Sequence record: PX393108.1 | Direction: 5' to 3' (one strand) | Source of the DNA: a phage | DNA length: 64,000 nucleotides | Shown here: positions 59,442 to 64,000 of the stretch, one piece after another | How positions within the stretch are numbered: position 1 is the first letter of the stretch | How the letters are laid out: each line of letters opens with the position of its first letter | The notes under the pieces: model-generated | The model's input: only the letters and a program-made list of their open reading frames with translations | What the model was told of the DNA's origin: nothing | Database searches by the model: none | Translations under genes and position numbers: made by a program

Positions 59442-61152
59442 TAACCTTAATTGGTTTGTTGGTGTTGTTGAAGATAGAATGGACCCATTAAAATTAGGTC
59501 GTGTTCGTGTTCGTGTGGTTGGTCTGCATCCACCTCAAAGAGCACAAGGTGATGTAATGGGTATTCCAACCGATAAATTACCATGGATGTCAGTTATTCA
59601 ACCTATAACTTCTGCAGCAATGTCTGGAATTGGAGGCTCCGTTACTGGTCCGGTAGAAGGAACTAGAGTTTATGGTCATTTTTTAGACAAATGGAAAACT
59701 AACGGAATTGTCCTTGGCACGTATGGTGGAATAGTTCGCGAAAAGCCTAATAGACTTGAAGGATTTTCTGACCCGACTGGACAGTATCCTAGACGTCTAG
59801 GAAATGATACTAACGTATTAAACCAAGGCGGAGAAGTAGGATATGATTCGTCTTCTAATATTATCCAAGATAGTAATTTAGACACTGCGATAAATCCTGA
59901 TGATAGACCACTATCAGAGATTCCAACTGATGATAATCCAAATATGTCAATGGCTGAAATGCTTCGCCGCGATGAAGGATTAAGACTAAAAGTTTATTGG
60001 GATACCGAAGGATATCCGACAATTGGTATTGGTCATCTTATCATGAAGCAGCCAGTTCGTGATATGGCCCAAATTAATAAAGTTTTATCAAAACAAGTTG
60101 GTCGTGAAATTACCGGAAATCCAGGTTCTATTACAATGGAAGAAGCGGTAACTTTATTTGAACGTGATTTAGCTGATATGCAACGTGATATTAAATCACA
60201 TTCTAAAGTTGGCCCAGTTTGGCAGGCAGTTAATCGTTCTCGTCAAATGGCATTAGAAAATATGGCATTCCAAATGGGTGTTGGCGGTGTAGCTAAATTT
60301 AACACAATGTTAACTGCTATGTTAGCCGGAGATTGGGAAAAAGCATATAAAGCTGGTCGTGATTCATTGTGGTATCAACAAACAAAAGGCCGTGCATCCC
60401 GTGTTACCATGATTATTCTTACAGGGAATTTGGAATCATACGGCATTGAAGTGAAAACACCGGCTAGGTCTTTGTCAGCAATGGCTGCTGCTGTAGCAAA
60501 GTCTTCTGATCCAGCTGACCCTCCTATTCCGAATGATTCGAGAATTTTATTTAAAGAACCTGTTTCTTCATATAAAGGTGAATATCCGTATGTTCACACA
60601 ATGGAAACTGAAAGCGGTCATATTCAGGAATTTGACGATACCCCGGGACAAGAACGATACAGATTAGTTCATCCGACTGGAACATATGAGGAAGTATCAC
60701 CGTCAGGAAGAAGAACAAGAAAAACTGTTGATAATTTGTATGATATAACAAATGCTGATGGTAATTTTTTGGTAGCTGGCGATAAAAAGACTAACGTCGG
60801 TGGATCAGAAATTTATTACAACATGGATAATCGTCTCCACCAAATAGATGGAAGCAATACAATATTTGTACGTGGCGATGAAACTAAGACAGTTGAAGGT
60901 AATGGAACTATCCTAGTCAAAGGTAATGTTACTATTGTAGTCGAAGGTAATGCTGACATTACAGTTAAAGGTGATGCTACTACTTTAGTTGAAGGAAATC
61001 AAACTAACACAGTAAATGGAAATCTTTCTTGGAAAGTTGCTGGGACGGTTGATTGGGACGTTGGTGGTGATTGGACAGAAAAAATGGCATCTATGAATTC
61101 TATTTCATCTGGTCAATACACAATTGATGGATCGAGGATTGACATTGGCTAA
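59425..61152 (+). CDS. 5: Baseplate hub and tail lysozyme gp5
   Basis: 575 aa; internal lysozyme domain (GYPTIGIGHLI); C-terminal beta-helix V-x-G repeats. Confidence 0.9.
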   Translation: MEMISNNLNWFVGVVEDRMDPLKLGRVRVRVVGLHPPQRAQGDVMGIPTDKLPWMSVIQPITSAAMSGIGGSVTGPVEGTRVYGHFLDKWKTNGIVLGTYGGIVREKPNRLEGFSDPTGQYPRRLGNDTNVLNQGGEVGYDSSSNIIQDSNLDTAINPDDRPLSEIPTDDNPNMSMAEMLRRDEGLRLKVYWDTEGYPTIGIGHLIMKQPVRDMAQINKVLSKQVGREITGNPGSITMEEAVTLFERDLADMQRDIKSHSKVGPVWQAVNRSRQMALENMAFQMGVGGVAKFNTMLTAMLAGDWEKAYKAGRDSLWYQQTKGRASRVTMIILTGNLESYGIEVKTPARSLSAMAAAVAKSSDPADPPIPNDSRILFKEPVSSYKGEYPYVHTMETESGHIQEFDDTPGQERYRLVHPTGTYEEVSPSGRRTRKTVDNLYDITNADGNFLVAGDKKTNVGGSEIYYNMDNRLHQIDGSNTIFVRGDETKTVEGNGTILVKGNVTIVVEGNADITVKGDATTLVEGNQTNTVNGNLSWKVAGTVDWDVGGDWTEKMASMNSISSGQYTIDGSRIDIG

Positions 61153-61186
61153 TATACTTCCAATGAGCGCTGATTTAGGAGAATCC

Positions 61187-61681
61187 ATGGAAGGTTCTTC
61201 TATCGACGTCACCTTTACCGCTCAATTAGAAACAGGTGAAACGTTAGTATCTATAAATATAACTAGTTACGAAGAAACTCCTGGGGTTTTAGTAGAAGAA
61301 AATCGTTTATATGGAACGTATGAATCTGTATTTGGATTTGGAAATGATGCGCTGAAATATCGTTTAGATAATGAATTTAAAACCGCTACTTCATGGGAAG
61401 ACCTTCCAACTGATTCTAATACTCAGTTATATCTATGGAAGGCTCCTCAAAACCTCCAGAAGACATTCACTTACGAAGTAACATTAATATATGACTACCA
61501 AGAACAAGGTGAATCTGGAGGTTCTGGCAGTAATTCTAGGTCATCTTCTGATACTACTGAACCAACGAATCCTCCAGCTCCAATAAGAAAAACTCTTGTT
61601 AAAAATTACACAAAAACTATAGTTGGAAATTGGAGTCGTTGGGCTAATAAATTGAGAAGCTACGTGTATGAGAGGCCATAA
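61187..61681 (+). CDS. Hypothetical protein (5.1-like; start moved to ATG after GGAG RBS)
   Basis: ORF 61124..61681 trimmed; Ser/Gly-rich linker. Confidence 0.45.
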
Positions 61682-61975
61682 ATGTCAGGATTAAGTTATG
61701 ATAAGTGTGTTACTGCTGGCCATGAAGCGTGGCCTCCAACAGTTGTAAATGCTACACAAAGTAAAGTATTCACCGGAGGAATTGCTGTTCTCGTAGCAGG
61801 TGATCCAATTACAGAACATACAGAAATTAAAAAGCCATATGAAACACATGGCGGAGTGACACAACCTAGAACTTCTAAGGTATATGTCACTGGAAAGAAA
61901 GCTGTTCAAATGGCTGATCCAATATCATGCGGTGATACTGTGGCTCAGGCATCATCTAAAGTATTCATTAAATAG
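61682..61975 (+). CDS. 5.4: Baseplate spike tip protein gp5.4 (PAAR-like)
   Basis: 97 aa; position between 5 and 6. Confidence 0.65.
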
Positions 61976-61983
61976 GATTTAAA

Positions 61984-63966
61984 ATGGCAAATACCCCTGT
62001 AAATTATCAATTAACAAGAACAGCAAATGCTATTCCCGAGATATTCGTCGGGGGTACATTTGCTGAAATAAAACAAAACCTCATTGAATGGCTTAATGGC
62101 CAAAATGAATTTTTGGATTATGATTTTGAAGGCTCAAGATTAAACGTTCTGTGCGACCTTTTGGCTTATAATACATTATACATTCAGCAGTTTGGTAATG
62201 CTGCCGTGTATGAAAGCTTTATGCGTACTGCTAATTTGCGTAGTTCAGTAGTTCAAGCTGCACAAGATAATGGATATTTACCTACTTCAAAATCAGCTGC
62301 TCAAACTGAAATTATGCTAACTTGTACAGATGCATTGAATAGAAATTACATTACTATTCCTCGTGGTACTCGCTTTTTAGCATATGCAAAGGATACTTCC
62401 GTTAATCCTTACAACTTTGTATCTACCGAAGATGTTATTGCTATTCGCGATAAAAATAACCAATATTTTCCACGTTTAAAATTAGCCCAGGGACGTATAG
62501 TAAGAACTGAAATCATTTATGATAAATTAACACCTATTATCATTTATGACAAAAATATAGATAGAAACCAAGTTAAACTATATGTTGATGGAGCAGAATG
62601 GATTAACTGGACAAGAAAGTCAATGGTTCATGCTGGTTCTACATCAACAATTTACTACATGCGTGAAACTATTGATGGAAATACTGAGTTTTATTTTGGT
62701 GAAGGTGAGATTTCTGTTAATGCGGCAGAAGGAGCATTGACTGCTAATTATATTGGAGGTCTTAAACCTACCCAGAACTCTACGATTGTTATTGAGTACA
62801 TCAGTACTAACGGTGCAGATGCGAATGGCGCAGTCGGATTTTCATATGCAGATACATTAACAAATATAACTGTCATCAACATTAATGAAAATCCAAACGA
62901 TGACCCAGATTTTGTTGGGGCAGATGGCGGCGGTGATCCAGAAGATATTGAACGTATTCGCGAATTGGGTACTATTAAACGCGAAACCCAGCAGCGCTGC
63001 GTAACTGCGACTGACTATGATACATTCGTTTCAGAGAGATTTGGTTCTATTATTCAAGCAGTTCAGACGTTCACTGATTCTACTAAACCTGGTTATGCAT
63101 TTATTGCTGCTAAACCTAAATCAGGGCTATATTTAACTACTGTACAGCGCGAAGATATTAAAAATTATCTCAAAGACTATAATTTAGCTCCTATTACGCC
63201 ATCAATTATTTCTCCTAATTATCTTTTTATTAAGACTAATTTAAAAGTCACATATGCTTTAAATAAGCTGCAAGAATCCGAACAGTGGCTCGAAGGTCAA
63301 ATAATTGATAAAATTGATCGTTATTATACCGAAGATGTAGAAATTTTTAACTCATCTTTCGCTAAATCTAAGATGTTGACATATGTAGATGATGCAGATC
63401 ATTCTATCATTGGCTCATCAGCGACAATTCAAATTGTTCGTGAAGTACAAAACTTCTATAAAACGCCTGAAGCAGGTATTAAATACAATAATCAAATAAA
63501 AGATCGTTCTATGGAATCTAATACGTTTTCATTTAATTCTGGACGAAAGGTTGTAAATCCTGATACTGGTTTAGAAGAAGATGTATTATATGACGTTCGC
63601 ATAGTATCAACAGACCGAGATTCTAAAGGAATTGGTAAAGTTATTATTGGTCCATTTGCTTCTGGCGATGTTACAGAAAATGAAAACATTCAGCCGTATA
63701 CAGGCAACGATTTTAACAAATTAGCAAATTCTGATGGACGCGACAAATACTATGTTATCGGTGAAATAAATTATCCAGCTGATGTGATTTATTGGAATAT
63801 CGCTAAAATTAATTTAACATCTGAAAAATTTGAAGTTCAGACTATTGAATTATATTCTGACCCAACCGATGATGTTATCTTTACTCGCGATGGTTCACTG
63901 ATTGTATTTGAAAATGACTTACGTCCACAATACTTAACTATCGATTTGGAGCCTATATCACAATGA
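61984..63966 (+). CDS. 6: Baseplate wedge protein gp6
   Basis: 660 aa; T4 gene order. Confidence 0.85.
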   Translation: MANTPVNYQLTRTANAIPEIFVGGTFAEIKQNLIEWLNGQNEFLDYDFEGSRLNVLCDLLAYNTLYIQQFGNAAVYESFMRTANLRSSVVQAAQDNGYLPTSKSAAQTEIMLTCTDALNRNYITIPRGTRFLAYAKDTSVNPYNFVSTEDVIAIRDKNNQYFPRLKLAQGRIVRTEIIYDKLTPIIIYDKNIDRNQVKLYVDGAEWINWTRKSMVHAGSTSTIYYMRETIDGNTEFYFGEGEISVNAAEGALTANYIGGLKPTQNSTIVIEYISTNGADANGAVGFSYADTLTNITVININENPNDDPDFVGADGGGDPEDIERIRELGTIKRETQQRCVTATDYDTFVSERFGSIIQAVQTFTDSTKPGYAFIAAKPKSGLYLTTVQREDIKNYLKDYNLAPITPSIISPNYLFIKTNLKVTYALNKLQESEQWLEGQIIDKIDRYYTEDVEIFNSSFAKSKMLTYVDDADHSIIGSSATIQIVREVQNFYKTPEAGIKYNNQIKDRSMESNTFSFNSGRKVVNPDTGLEEDVLYDVRIVSTDRDSKGIGKVIIGPFASGDVTENENIQPYTGNDFNKLANSDGRDKYYVIGEINYPADVIYWNIAKINLTSEKFEVQTIELYSDPTDDVIFTRDGSLIVFENDLRPQYLTIDLEPISQ

Positions 63967-64000
63967 CAGTAAAAGCACCTTCAGTCACTAGTCTCAGAAT
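63963..64000 (+). CDS. 7: Baseplate wedge protein gp7, first 12 codons only
   Basis: ATG overlapping gp6 stop (ATGA); MTVKAPSVTSLR. Confidence 0.5.
   Translation, partial: MTVKAPSVTSLR

Overview
This window is a contiguous segment of a T4-type (T-even, Tevenvirinae) myovirus genome, running from the 5' part of primase gene 61 to the start of baseplate gene 7. Most genes are on the minus strand; the baseplate genes 53, 5, 5.1, 5.4, 6 and 7 at the 3' end are on the plus strand. All calls rest on reading the translated ORFs, motifs and T4 gene order from memory; no database search was run. Recognisable core genes: replication and recombination (61, 41, uvsX, 43, regA, 62, 44, 45, 46, 47), nucleotide metabolism (42, nrdD, nrdG, nrdH, nrdC, tk, 1), alpha-glucosyltransferase, late sigma factor 55, endonuclease VII, rI, regB, denV, lysozyme e, nudE, 57A, 57B and genes 3, 2, 4. 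Several proteins are near-identical to what I recall for T4 (lysozyme, RegA, gp42, alpha-gt), but the phage is not T4 itself. Differences I can see: a GT-A type glycosyltransferase where T4 has beta-gt, 11 tRNAs rather than T4's 8, and two extra genes with internal-protein capsid-targeting N-termini between e.8 and the tRNA cluster, one of them split by a frameshift in an A8 run. The nrdD gene is uninterrupted and I found no homing endonuclease genes. Regulatory architecture is typical T4: many early promoters (GTTTAC, about 17 nt, TATAAT-like), TATAAATA late promoters and C(UUCG)G tetraloop hairpins. The candidates I rate highest for follow-up are the extra capsid-targeted proteins, the glycosyltransferase, a macrodomain protein, an ATPase plus nucleotidyltransferase pair, and the small-gene island between 61 and 41 that contains dmd.
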